From Gekko japonicus (taxonomy: Eukaryota): 64,000 nucleotides of DNA. The stretch's first letter is position 1; the number at the start of each line of letters is the position of its first letter. The translations under genes and the position numbers were made by a program. Positions 36,889-48,607 of the stretch are shown piece by piece. The stretch is taken from NCBI RefSeq assembly GCF_001447785.1, contig NW_015177022.1, forward strand, positions 978,654 through 1,042,653, read 5' to 3'. The notes beneath the pieces were generated by a model. It saw only the letters and a program-made list of their open reading frames with translations. It had not been told where the DNA came from and did no database searches.

Positions 36889-37302
36889 CAGGGGTCATTT
36901 CCTGCAGGAGCGCACAGGAGTGGAGCTCCGGCAGTAAAGAGCCCAGGGGGTGGGCACATGCAACAGGCCCCACCCCCTGCTCCCAGCAGCCCTCAGTCAG
37001 AGCAAGAAGCAGCCAGGTAAATTGCAGACCCCCCCCCCCCGCCTCCCGGTCCAAAACAGTCCAGTGGCACCTTTAAGACCAAGTTTTATTCAGGTACAAG
37101 CTCTCCCTCCTCTGCGAGGACAGATCTGCACTCCCCCCCCCAATAGCTAGCAATCCAAAACAGTCCAGTGGAGCCTGAGTGGTGGGTGTTGCCTTCTGAC
37201 ACACTGCCGGTGATGTCAGGGGGTGTGGCATATGCAAATAAATTATGCTAATGAGTTATGCTAATGAGCTCCTGCACCTCTTTTTCTACAAAATGACCCC
37301 TG
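36889..37302 (-). mobile_element. Non-autonomous hAT MITE, same terminal family, different interior
   Basis: TIRs CAGGGGTCATTT...AAATGACCCCTG; exact 8-bp TSD TGTAAGAC (36881-36888, 37303-37310). Confidence 0.9.
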
Positions 37303-37634
37303 TGTAAGACCAAGTCTTCCAGAGCATAGACTAATTCTCTAATCACTGCACTGCAGTGATTCTCATGTAGTGTGTGTGTGTGTCTGAGAGAGAGAGAGAG
37401 ACCCCCAAACTGAGACTTTCCTCCGTTTTTGAATAACAAACCTTCAGGAACGAGTAAAAGATGCCCACTCATTCATATAAGATATGCCATTCAATAGAGA
37501 TGGCACAAAGCCAGGAGAACTTAGAGAACTTATTCCAAGATGGTGGATTCTGTTCTTCAGTTTAATGAAGGCTGATTTGAATCAAGCAGTTATAAATATT
37601 GAATCATGAGAATCCATTAAGGGAAGAAAAGAGC

Positions 37635-37712
37635 AAGAGTACAGTAGCACCTTATTAAAGACTAACAAAAATATGTGGCAGGGTATGAGCTTTTGCTCAC
37701 TTCTTCAGATGC
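37635..37712 (-). mobile_element. Penelope-derived short fragment
   Basis: agtacagtagcacctta..aagactaacaaaa..ggtatgagctttt..gctcacttcttcagat; minus strand reads CTGAAGA-AGTGAGC..AAAAGCTCA (hammerhead-type core with a deletion). Confidence 0.6.
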
Positions 37713-38204
37713 AGATTAAGGGTAGAATTTCTAAATTACATCTCCCTGCAATAGTATGAACCAAGAATTGGGAAATTCCAATGGATGATCATGCAAGTGT
37801 TAACTAGATGATGTGAAGAAGGTCAAGAGGTGCATGGCCTTATTATCTGGGTGATAGAGAGGGAAATAACACATACAAAACAAGACAGCTAATAAAACTG
37901 AGTTTAACAATTTTAAATATCTCTTTTTAAACAGCTGGTAGAGAGTATTGAGCTAGATGACCCGATGCTCTGGTTAGATATAAGGCAGCTTCATAAATTC
38001 TTAGGATGTATCCATACTGTTCTTTCAGTGTTTCAGAAAACTTCTAGCATGATCCCCTTAGTCGCACTTGTTCTTGGAGGCAACCTCACCTATAAAGCAG
38101 GGAAATGTGCGACAGGGACTCCAGTGTAAACTTTAGTTGTATGGCAGGCTCTTAAAGGAGGAGGAGGAGCCCCTTTATGTATCCTAGCTCTGGATAAGAA
38201 ATAA

Positions 38205-38410
38205 CCAGCACTTACAATTGAAACAGACTGACAGCCAATGGAGGTCTTTCATGACTAGAAAGGGGTGGTCCCAAATCACCAAATGCCTGCTGGCAATCTT
38301 TCTGGTCCATTTTCAACCCCCTTGAAATTTTGGAACATTTTCAAAGGCTGCCTCATGCAGAATACCTTGCAGGAGTGGAACCTGGATGTAACCAGAGCAT
38401 GGATCACTGG
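38205..38410 (-). mobile_element. Old L2 RT fragment
   Basis: Minus strand VIHALVTSRF..PLKMFQN, degenerate. Confidence 0.6.
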
Positions 38411-39055
38411 AACAAAATTATTTGGCAGGCCATTTATAGTACAAGAAAATTTAAAATTGTGATGTGTAAGAACAAAGTAGAACGTTCAAGCAAGCTTTTA
38501 AATTGGAATAGGATGATCCATCTATGAGATGTTTCCCCTCCTCTTTGACTGTCTGCCTTGAAAGTCTTGCGTGGGGCCAGGTTTCCTCACGTGCAGTACC
38601 TTTGGGCGGCAAGAGGAAATAAATGCATGGTCTATAAAGCCACTTGGGATGCAAAGTGGTAGGTGGAGTGCGAGATTATAGTTATCCTCCGGTCACTTCA
38701 ATTTGTATAGCCAGAAAAGCAACTGCAGCCCAGTGAGAGGAGGCGGAAAGGTGTGATGGGCTGTTTGCAGCATTCAAATGACCAGCAGTCACCGGGGACC
38801 ATGATGTGTGTTTTGCGTGTCACCAAAACAGATGAGACATGATTGCATTTGAGAAGGTGTCAATATCAAATCTACGAAGATGACATCGGAACCTAATTTG
38901 CTCTGAAATGTTGTCATCGAGGCTGAGCCTGAAAAACAAACTGGAAGCTTCCTAGGAGAAGTGGCTGGAGCCAGACTCAGAATGCAATCCCAAAGCATCC
39001 ATACAAAGAAGCTAGTTCCATTGCTGTGGGTTTCATTCAGAGTTGCTGATGTTTC

Positions 39056-39275
39056 CGCCCTGCCCTGAGTGGCCCAGGCTAGTCTGACCTTATCAAATCT
39101 TAGACGCTAAGCAGGGTTGGCCCTGGTTAGTACTTGGATGGGAGATCACTAAGGAAGCCCAGGACTGCAATACAGAGGCAGGCAATGGCAAACCGCCTCT
39201 AAATGTCTCGTGCCTTGAAAACCCTATGGGGTCACCATAAGTTGGCTACAGCTTGATGGTACTTTACACACACAC
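39056..39275 (+). mobile_element. 5S rRNA-derived SINE (5S-Sauria-like)
   Basis: gctaagcagggttggccctggttagtacttggatgggaga matches the 5S internal promoter; RTE-type tail ggggtcaccataagttgg..cttgatgg then (AC)n. Confidence 0.85.
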
Positions 39276-39565
39276 ACACCTACTTCTAAGATTGTGTGCT
39301 TGTTACATTTGTCCCTGGCAGCAACCACACCATTTACTGCAGAGCCAATGGAGGGCATCATACCACCCAGAGCACTCATTTGCCCCACCTAAGAATCTTT
39401 AAAAAAATTCTTCCCTTCAGTTGGAGTTGTGAGGTGATAGCTTCTATATAATCAGAACTTGTTTTAGCATAGGAAATTTCTGGGTCAAAAAACATCAGGG
39501 GTGGAAGGGGTTCACCAAAGTGGTGATGTTCCAATCTACACTCGCATGACCCATCTAGCTCCACT

Positions 39566-40010
39566 AAATAAATAAATAAAATAAAATAAATAAATCTTTC
39601 AATTTATTGATCTCTCAATCCTGCAGAGCTTGCTGGCTCTGAGTGATTTACAGTTACTCCATTACACATGGGACTAAAAATGATTCAAGGGGTAAGGGAG
39701 GACAACATATGATCTTTAAATCACACACGTTCATAGCCGACGGGGAGTTTTGTTCAGCTGTAAGGTCAGACGTGTTCCAACGGCATTTTTCCCTCGGCGT
39801 GTCTTGATGTCATCAGCTTTCTCTGGACTGCTTCAAGTTGCAGTGCAGCACTGCCACCGCGTGGCCGGACGGCCCATTACAGGCGTCCTTAATGCCGAAG
39901 AGTTCTTTCTAGGCTTTTCGGTCTTACGCGCTGGACATTCCATTCGTCGGCTAACACCTCCCCCACCGGGGGAGCCCCATTCCCCCTTACACAGGGTGAG
40001 TTTTTCAGTG
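39566..40010 (-). mobile_element. Head-less copy of a composite SINE with an L2-type tail
   Basis: Shares gggactaa.aatg.ttcaa.gggg.ta.gggaggacaacatat, actgccaccgc.tggccgga and gctaacacc with 47669-48194; (TAAA)n tail at the low end. Confidence 0.65.
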
Positions 40011-40373
40011 TAATGATAACCTTTGCATTTAAGTAGTTTGGGGGAAAAAATCCTAGCAGCACCTAGATCACAGGCTGTCTCAGTGGTAGATCTATCCCAT
40101 AGAATGCTTCTATGGGCACCTTCGGTGGCTGCATTTAGGAAGGCCTAAAAGACCTTTGAAGTTCAGTGGAGAGTGAACTGCTTAGGCAGATTTGGCTGTG
40201 TTTTTAAACTGTGTGCTTAATCCTTGCTCTTAAATTTGTATATTTTTTAACATTTTGGTTTTTTTTACCCTGTGCATTTGTTTTTATCTTGTTCACATGC
40301 TTTTGTGTTCTTGGAACTTGATGCCACCACATTCATATTTGGTTTGAATCTCAGGAGAGATGGTGGGGTATAC

Positions 40374-40375
<2 letters not shown>

Positions 40376-40421
<46 letters not shown>

Positions 40422-40423
40422 AG
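40376..40423 (+). repeat. (GAAA)n microsatellite
   Basis: Tandem GAAA units. Confidence 0.95.
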
Positions 40424-41429
40424 CTACTGTGGCTCTGATCATGGTAGGTTGTTTCAAGGCAGTCAGGGGTAAGTTAAGGAACCTCTGTATTGAGGAAAGC
40501 ATCATTATAAGCAAGTAAAAACTTCTGGGTTTTCAGTGGCTATTTTTATTCAGCTTGTACATTTCTGACACCACTGGTGCATATGTACTAAAACACACAC
40601 CGATGTTTTGGTGATGTGGTTACAAAAGTTTCCAAGTGGTAGCGTCACTTGGAAATAAGGCAGTTCCCCCTCCATCGAGGAAGACTGGCAACAGCCCTGC
40701 TGCATGTGTGACATTGGGGAGCCATGGCTGGATCGCCCAGTGTGTCATTTATCTTCAAAAAGAAGCCAGTGGGAAGGCTAACACAGACATAAACATTTAA
40801 GAAAAGTACATATGAGGTCACTGTCTGCATACAACATACTGGTGTGCACCTGAAGAATTAAGGAAGGGACTGTGGCTCAGTTGTAGAACACATACTTTTG
40901 TTTGCAGAAGGTCCCCTTTGGCATCTTGCATAGGCGGGATTGAAGAGAAACCTTTTTATCCCTGTAGAGACCCTTTACAGCCATGACCAGTTAGATTAGG
41001 TAATACTGAACTAGATTAAGCTGACATGGTATAAAAATAGATTCCTGATCAACAATTTAATGGGCCTATATATTAGGACGGCATGAAGATGCCATTACTT
41101 CAAGAGAAAAAAAAGGCTATCCTGTATTTAGATGGTTACAGTAATGATTCGTTATAAAGAATAACCATGGCGCAAACTATATTAAATTGTGTAAGTGAAC
41201 ATTTTAAAAAGATGTTGCTATTTAACCTTGACGTGTGGGTCCTGGGGCCTTTCTGAATAGGGCCTCAACCCAACAATGAAATCTCTTTGTCTTCCCCCTC
41301 CAGTGAAACCTGAATGGGGTTCTCCTGGGGCACGACCCCCATCGTCATACCCCCCCCTTGGGCACTGAGTATGATTCCTGACATCTTGGGGTTAGCAGTC
41401 ACCAGGGTCTTTGGCTACCTGCGCTAGAA

Positions 41430-41800
41430 GACTCAGCTGGCAAGAAGAGACTTGTCACATTTCCCCAGCAAGATAATTGTCACACTTCCCCAATTACATT
41501 AGCAGTGAGATGCAAATGAGGCCTCAGCCTTCCAGCTCCTGTGAGGCTTCCACTGTGGCCCCGGGTGATGAACAAGCCCCTTATCTCTGATCTTCTGCGA
41601 TGTGTAAGCATGTTATCTTATCACATCAAGGCCCTGGTGGTCCTTTACTGGCCCTTGTTCTGTCACTGCTCCTCGCAGGGCATGAATTTTCTGCTTCCTG
41701 TTCAGAAGCCAGCAGCGTCTGGCATTAAGTAATCTCCAGTATCTGATGCCACAGCGTCGATGGGACCCTGAAGGGAAACAGCTCGGCCTCTGGTGACTGA
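41430..41800. promoter_or_regulatory. Candidate enhancer (GATA/octamer/ETS/E-box cluster)
   Basis: Repeat-free; AGATAA at about 41471, ATGCAAAT at about 41510, TTATCT at about 41581, TTATCTTATCA at about 41613, CTTCCTG at about 41694, CAGCTG at about 41434. Confidence 0.35.
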
Positions 41801-43129
41801 GGAATTAAACTGCGAGGAATACATGCTGGCTCTTTCCATTTTCTTATTAATAGGTTTTGTGTATTGGGCTCCAAAGGGGATTGTTCTTGCTTGGAATTGC
41901 TATGGGGAAAGCGTTCAAGCATTACTTGATGTAAATGGAAGAAAACTGGGAGAAAGAGAGGAGGATAAAGCTCTAGTACAAGCTGTGGGAGGCCTACAAA
42001 GTATGCGCATGGTCCCCTTTGGTGTCTGAATTTAATGTGATGTCATAAGAAAATGAACCATTTTATATGATCTGCACTGCACACTGAAGACATTTAAAGC
42101 TTGTCTCTGTATGAGTCCTCTCTGTACTGAGATTATCAGGAATGGTTCTGATGAGAGTTGGGAAGGCACAAGGTCTTCTCTGTGGTAGCCCCAAGGCTCT
42201 GTCTTGACTCTCCATTCCTGCTGGTGGCCGGAGGGGACCTGGCAATGCTAGTCTTGAATGTGGTTCTGGAGTAGGGGAATCATTACCTCCCAGTGCAGAA
42301 ATACAGGAAGCCCAACTTTTTAGATAATCTGGGGGTGATGAAGTTTAGGTTGTTGCTTCTTTCTGCCTGCTGGCTTCTTGGCTTTATTCTTGCTGTTTTG
42401 CAGCTTTAAAAAACATCTTAGCTCAGGAGATCTGTGACTCGTCTCTTGACCTTTTAAAATTGAAGGCAACCATGAGGTGTGTGGCATGATAATTTGATTC
42501 TGGAAGCAGGGCGGCAGTGGTGGTGGTGGTGATGGTGTTTAACCCTTCCCTGCACACTATTTCCTCATTCTAAATCACCCCACTTACAATTCTGTTTGCT
42601 CCAGTGAGGGAGGGAAACAGAAGCATGATAAGGGCACCAGTATTAAACCTACCTTGACATACTGTACAGAGGAAATTGCAGGTGGATGATTTTGATTGGG
42701 GGAAAGTAGAATGGGGTTAAAGGGTTAAATCACAGCCCCCACCCCAGTTGCTTCTGGGATCAAATTAGACCAGTTACATTCCATAAAACAGAATAATAAA
42801 AATTAAGACATCATTTACAGATTTCCTGGCTGAATATCTTCTTTGATTCTCATATTTAGTGTAACTTGATATAATGCTTTACGACTATAGTTTTATGGAT
42901 TGGATTTCATAATACACATTCTACAGATGTTTTTAGGTTTCCCGCTAAGATTTCTAGACTTTGGGTGGTTAAGAACTGCATTTTCAACTTTTCTACATGA
43001 AAGCAAAAATAGTGGTTCTGGTTTTGAGCCATCTGTACACAGCGCCCCACTGCTGCTTTTGGGAAATCGGAGCAGGGGATTTCTACTGAGAACTTTTGAA
43101 ATCCACACCGACAATGGAAGCAACCACAT

Positions 43130-44735
43130 ATATTTATTTATTTACTTACTTATTAGATTTATGGATCACCCAACCCTGCAAGCAGGCTCTGGGCAATTAA
43201 CAACTTTAAAAACAGATAAAATACAGTCAACATAAAATAAAATAATGACAAAACACTAATAAGAAGCAACAAACAATACAGCACACAGTCTAATATAGCC
43301 AGGAACAGCAAAACAACTGTGAGCTGAAATACCTGCAAGTATAAATGTACAAAAAGAGATGTCAATAAAGTGAAAAGCAGCATATAATTAGCAATATCAG
43401 TAACAAATATTACATATGGGAATGAAAAATCCACAAAATCCATGAAGGGAAACAGTCAAGTCCAGAGAAGATATCCAACACTTTTCCTAAGTAGTTAATA
43501 GTGTTTCAGACTCCTGGTCCTTCCTTAGGAACAAAGAACAACATAGGAAGTCTCATACCAATTTTTTAACAGGATGATGCTATTCAACTTCTTTATGGGC
43601 TAGGTCTCCTAAGTTTTAATATGCACCTCTAGGATTGCTTCTATGTGAACAGGACCAAACATTCCCATATGTAATATTTGTTACTGATATTGCTAATTAT
43701 ATGCTGCTTTTCACTTTATCGAAGTCTCTTTTTGTACATTTATACTTGTGGGTATTTCAGCTCACAGTTGTTTTGCTGTTCCTGGCTAAAATACTAATAA
43801 CAGTCAGTCTAGATGGCAACATCATCCCCTTTTGCCAGCTGCAGTGCTGTCCATGCAGCAGGCAGGGAAGGGGACGTGGGGACCATAAGAAGAGAGAACA
43901 GAGTGCCAGGCTTAACCATTGCTGCCCTCAACTGGAAGCCTGGCAGAACATCTCTGCCTTACAGGCTCTGTGGATTTGTACAAGGTTGTTCGGCAGAGAG
44001 TTCCACCAGTTTGGGGCCAGGGATGAGAAGGCCCTGACCCTAGTCGAGGATAGCCAGACCTCCCTAGGGTTGGGAATCACCAGCCAGTTGTTATCAGCTG
44101 ATCTCAGCATTCTTTTGGGGACATATTGGAGGAGGCGGTCCCGAAGGTACATGGGTTCCTGACTGCTCAAAGCCTTAAAAGTCAGCACTAACACCCTGGA
44201 CCTGACTCAGTATTCCACTGGTAACCAGTGTAGTTGGTGCAGCGCAGCTTGTATATGTGCTGTCCGTGGCGTTCCCACCAGGACCCGCGCCACCATATTC
44301 TGGACCAATTGGAGCTTCCAGATCAGTCTCAAGGGAAGGCCATAGTAAAGCAAGTTACAGTAATCCAGTCTGGAGGTGACCATTGCGTGGATTACTGTGA
44401 CCATGTCAGGGTGCAACAGGAAGGGGGCCAGCAGCCATGCCTGGCATAGATGGTAAAACGCCAATCTGGCAGTATTAGTGACCTGTGCCTCCATAGATAG
44501 GGAAGCACCTAAGGTCACACCAAGCTCCTGACAGAGTGCACTGGAAGCTGAAGCTCCAATTCCGAAGCCCTCCCCCCTGCCACAGAACCTCCGTCTACCC
44601 TGGGTTCAGCTGGCTCTTCTTTAACCATTCCGCCACACCCTCCAGACTGTCGACCAGGTGTTGCAGGGTGGTGTCCTGGTGGCTGTCCAAGAGCAGATAT
44701 AGCTGGGCGTCATCCACATATACATGTGGCTCCCT
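43130..44735 (-). mobile_element. L2 LINE 3' fragment with a nested Penelope-like insertion
   Basis: VIHAMVTSRLDYCNLLYYGLPLRLIWKLQLVQN, LHWLPVEY, RAFSSLAPNWWNSLP; YVDDAQLY at about 44697-44722; (TAAA)n tail at about 43130. Confidence 0.88.
43296..43788. mobile_element. Penelope-like fold-back: 129-bp inverted arms around a 235-bp spacer
   Basis: Arms 43296-43424 and 43660-43788 with about 5 mismatches; degenerate hammerhead-like core in the spacer (minus strand CTAAGGA-AGGAC-cagga-GTCT-GAAACAC, about 43500-43530). Confidence 0.75.
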
Positions 44736-44885
44736 TTAGCCAGGTAGGGTCATGCCTGCTGGGCCATTAATTACTGGATTTGATGGTCATTGTCATCAGT
44801 GCAATCATCATTATTGTTGTTATCGCTATAATAATTTTGCATCATGGCATCTAATAGTGAACTTGATGGGCCTGTGCATATCAGC

Positions 44886-45135
44886 AGGGTGGTGTAATGG
44901 GGCTGCTCCACACACAAGGACTGCTCCACACACAACACATTCCCCACTCCTCCACACACAGCTGCTGGATGACCTTGGGCAAGCCATAGTTCTGTCAGAG
45001 CTGTTCTTGAAAGAGGAATTTCTCTCAGAGCTCTCTCAGCTCCACCTACCTCACAGGGTGTCTGTTGTGGGGAGGGGAAAAGAAAGGAGTCTGTAAGTGA
45101 AGGGCAGGGCATAAATCCAATCTCCTCCTCCTCCT
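44886..45135 (+). mobile_element. Squam3-like SINE
   Basis: gctgctggatgaccttgggc..ctacctcacagggtgtctgttgtggggagggg and a (CCT)n tail; rearranged head. Confidence 0.8.
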
Positions 45136-45599
45136 TCTCTTCATAAGTGTAAAAACCCATTTTAAAAAAGGTGTTCCAATCCCGCTGGATTTTCCAATCC
45201 CGGACTTTCATCTGCTGGGGATATTTTGTTGAATGTTTAACTTTTGTATCAAGAAAGCTGCATTTGGGTTGCTGTGATAGGATTATACAACATATTTTAT
45301 GGTGCAGTTTCATTCTGTCAAATTGCCATGAGTTTGGCTTGTCCAAGAAAAGGTGATCCCATTTCAAGCATTTGAAGCACATGAGCACTTTTTGTGTGTG
45401 GATGCTGGGGAGTTCTGCTGGCAATTTGTTAACCAGTTTTCCACTGGAATATGGGGTGATCAAGTAGCCCTGATTTTATTACATTTCTGTAAAAGGCTCC
45501 CAATCTTATTTGAGCCATATCTCATAACTTGTCCTGCACCAGCCAAGCCATTACAGGACAGGAGTGGGGATGTTCCCACCAAGTGTTGTGTGCTTTGCG

Positions 45600-46430
45600 T
45601 GGATAGCCCTCCGGTCAGATCAATGACCTTCACTGGCTTCTTTGTGGCCTCCCATCCCTCAAACTGGTCATTTCAACTCCATTGTTCCCATTTGCATTCC
45701 TTGTTTGCTGTCGTGGACACTTGAGTGCTCGCCCAATGTGCGCCGGCCACATGGCGTCTATTGTTTCTCCGAGTCCTTTGGCAAAGCAGCCAGATCCGAC
45801 AAAGCAGAAAACCCAATGAGTTAATTAAGGGCAAATTGTCTATGATTTCCTTTTACCTTGCCTGCCTTCCCTCTCCCCTGCATCGGTCTGTGCAGCTCAG
45901 CTGCCTCTTGCCCCCTTGTGCCAAAATGATTAATGGGGGGACTGCAATGAGGTCAATTAGCTGGGGTCGGCTGGAAGCTGAAAGGTGGAGTGTGTTGCTT
46001 TATTGAACACTGCGTTTGCACTCCAAACCATGACCTGGGCTGTGGTGATTTATTACCGGGATGGCGGTCGGATCACTCTACCTTCAGCCCCTTACCTTGG
46101 CTTCAGCAATCGGGCTCTTGCTGTCAATTAAAGTCTAGGGAAAACCTGAACTGTACGGCCAACGTCAAATGGATATTGGAAGCGGGGTGGGGGGGATAAG
46201 GAAGTGGCGTTTGTCTTTTTGCAAAGGGCCTCATATAATTTCTTTGCACCTATTGATTTTAAATTGTTCCGTCTCTCTCGGAAAAGGAGAAGTTCCGTTG
46301 CCTACAGTTTTGTAATATTGCTTTGGAGGGGAGAAAAATGAAACTGATATGAAGAGTCGTAGGGTTAAAGGAAGGACCTTGGGCCTGTGTAATAATGAAA
46401 AGGGCGGAAATGAACAATGAGACATTTTTT
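45600..46430. promoter_or_regulatory. Candidate developmental enhancer (PBX-HOX plus MEIS grammar)
   Basis: Repeat-free; TGATTAATGG at 45927-45936, TGATTTATTA at 46046-46055, CTGTCA at 46121-46126, TTAATTAA at about 45821, SOX-type CATTGTT and AACAATG. Confidence 0.45.
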
Positions 46431-46678
46431 ACACTTCTATGGCATCAACAGTCGGGCAGGTGTGAGGTCCCAACCCCGGCCCCTTCAAGTAGCCAGGCAG
46501 GGAAAAGCCCGAGACCTCCGAGAGCTGCTGCTAGTCAGACTTCGGACTCTGGATAAAGCAACTTCATATGGAAGTTGTTCTTCATCTGTTTGAGCTGCCA
46601 GGCCATCCACACGACAGCCACAGCACAGCTTGGCTAACAATGGGCAACAATGTGTTCTGGATGTCTGCAGCTCCACTC

Positions 46679-47664
46679 TAGGTTTGCCAACCATGACTTG
46701 GGAAATTCCTGGAGATTTGGGGCTGTTGTGGAGCTGTCAGCCCTCTGCTATAGTGGGAGGCCTCCTGCCAGCAGCCTTGGTTGCAATCCTCTGGGGCAGC
46801 AACATCATTTCCAGGGAAATCCCTGAAGAGTCACTGGGTTGCAGGCTTGCAGCCATGGGGGGGGGATTGTGAAGACAGTGCCCCCACGGATGACCCCCAG
46901 ACCTCCCCGGGAGGATGCCAACCCCCCTTTCTCCCCCGACCTCTGGGAGCCGCATCCACAAAGGGACGCACCTGCCTGCAGTGTGGTGGCTGGGCTGGCT
47001 GGTGCAGGTGCAGGTGCAGTGAGGTGCCAGGGTGGGCCATGGCCTGCCTCAGCTCTTCACTGTGCCTGCACCAGGCAGTCCAGCCACCACACTGCTGCTG
47101 AGGGAGAGCCAAAGAGGCGGGCAAGCAGAGGAGTGGTCGCTGCCCGCTGCCCTGCCTGCCTGTCTTCTTAGCTCTCCCTCTCCCTCTCCGTTCCTGATGT
47201 GCAGGAGGTTCCTGAGCATCTGTGAATGGGGAGGGAGAAGGAGAGCCAGCCCACCAGCCAATCACTTCCTGATGATGTCACCAGTGATGTCACCACATCT
47301 GGGGCATGTGTCCTTGCCCCCCCACTGAAACTCTTCTGGCCATAGGGCTGCTGGGTAGCTCCAGGAGTTGCTGGAAACACTGTGGTTTTACCATAAAGTT
47401 TCCATCAGAAAGTGACATCCCAAAAGTGATCTCACAGCACAGATATCATGTTGCTGGTGGTGTGAAGACACTTTGGTATTTGGGCAAAAACCCTATGATA
47501 AAAATGGCTTCTACCATAGAGGTTTTGCCCAAACATCAGAGGGCCCCCATGTTGCCGGCGACATGATTACGTCACTTCTGGGACACTCCTGAAGTGATCT
47601 CTCCAGTGACAGAGGCCTGGGCCTCAGTTTGCTGCCAGTTGCCAGGGGGTACCAGGCAAGCCTA
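46679..47664. mobile_element. TAGGGTTGCCA-family non-autonomous DNA transposon (long form)
   Basis: taggtttgccaacc ... ggcaagccta termini; GC-rich, partly palindromic interior. Confidence 0.6.
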
Positions 47665-47668
47665 CCTG

Positions 47669-48194
47669 ACAACAACAACAACAACAATAATAATAATACT
47701 TTCAATTTATTAATCACTTTCCCCAGTGGGCTCAAAGCGATATACAGTTACACATTAGACAGGGGACTAACAATGTTCAAAGGGGATAGGGAGGACAACA
47801 TATATTCATTTTTAATTGCACACGCTGTCACTGCACGGTGTAAACATCTTCTGGATTGGCTCAGTCATTTTCCGAACGGCTGCTTGTCGACCAGGCTTCA
47901 GGACCCATATGTCACATCGCCACACTGCCACCGCCTGGCCGGAGACATCCACTGCAGGGGTTTTTGTAGCCGAGAAGTTCTTTTGCCTTTTTCCGACCTC
48001 GACCAGGAAGTCCCGACCGTTAGCTAACACCCTCCCACAAGGGAGATTGGTGTGCCCACCCTCTCTAAGGAGTGGTTCCGATTTTATCTACTCGCCGAAG
48101 CTTTCGAATCGCTGGGTGGACGATACGCGGGGCTCGAACTAACACAGTTCGGATGTTAAGACAGTGGGATATACCCACTGTGCCACCGCTCCCC
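47669..48194 (-). mobile_element. Composite SINE: tRNA head, Sauria-like domain, CpG-rich body and L2-type tail
   Basis: Minus-strand A box TGGCACAGTGG (48175-48185) and B box GTTCGAGCCC (48130-48139), then gattcgaaagc..gagtagataaaa as in Sauria SINEs; tail ending (TAT)n(TGT)n. Confidence 0.7.
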
Positions 48195-48199
48195 AATCT

Positions 48200-48607
48200 G
48201 AGGGTGCTTCCTGGGAAAGGTGGGATTTGGGGAGGGCTCAGTGAGTCAAGATGAGAGGCCATAGAACGCACCCTCTGAGGCTGCCATTTTCTCCAGGGGA
48301 ACTGATCTCTTTAGTCTGCAGACTGGTTGTCATTCTGGGAGAGCTCCAGGCCCAACCTAGAGGTTGGCAAGCTTGCTCCCCTCATGGGGATACTATCCTC
48401 CAGGTGGCACCTGGGGATCCCTTGGAATTACAGCTCATCTCCAGACTACAGAGATCAGTTCCTCTGGAGAGAAATGGGTGCTTTGGAGGGTGGACTCTGT
48501 GGCATTGTACCCAGCAGAGGTCCCTGTCCTCCCCAGGCTCCGTCCCCAAATCTCCAGGAGTTTCCCAATGAGGATCTGTGGCCAGGGGAGACCTGGTGGC
48601 AACCCTA
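48200..48607. mobile_element. Two opposed TAGGGTTGCCA-family short elements
   Basis: ctccaggggaactgatctc and its reverse complement gagatcagttcctctggag; ends tggcaacccta. Confidence 0.7.

Noticed and set aside
39056-39170. 5S rRNA gene (also at 3.6, 30.8 and 54.2 kb)
   Set aside because: Diverged, dispersed, lacking proper ends and fused to a SINE tail
43159-43800. Hydrophobic peptide repeated on both strands as a membrane protein
   Set aside because: Artefact of the AT-rich 129-bp inverted repeat
44771-45463. 230-aa minus-strand ORF
   Set aside because: Reads through a SINE and simple repeats; no domain, chance open frame
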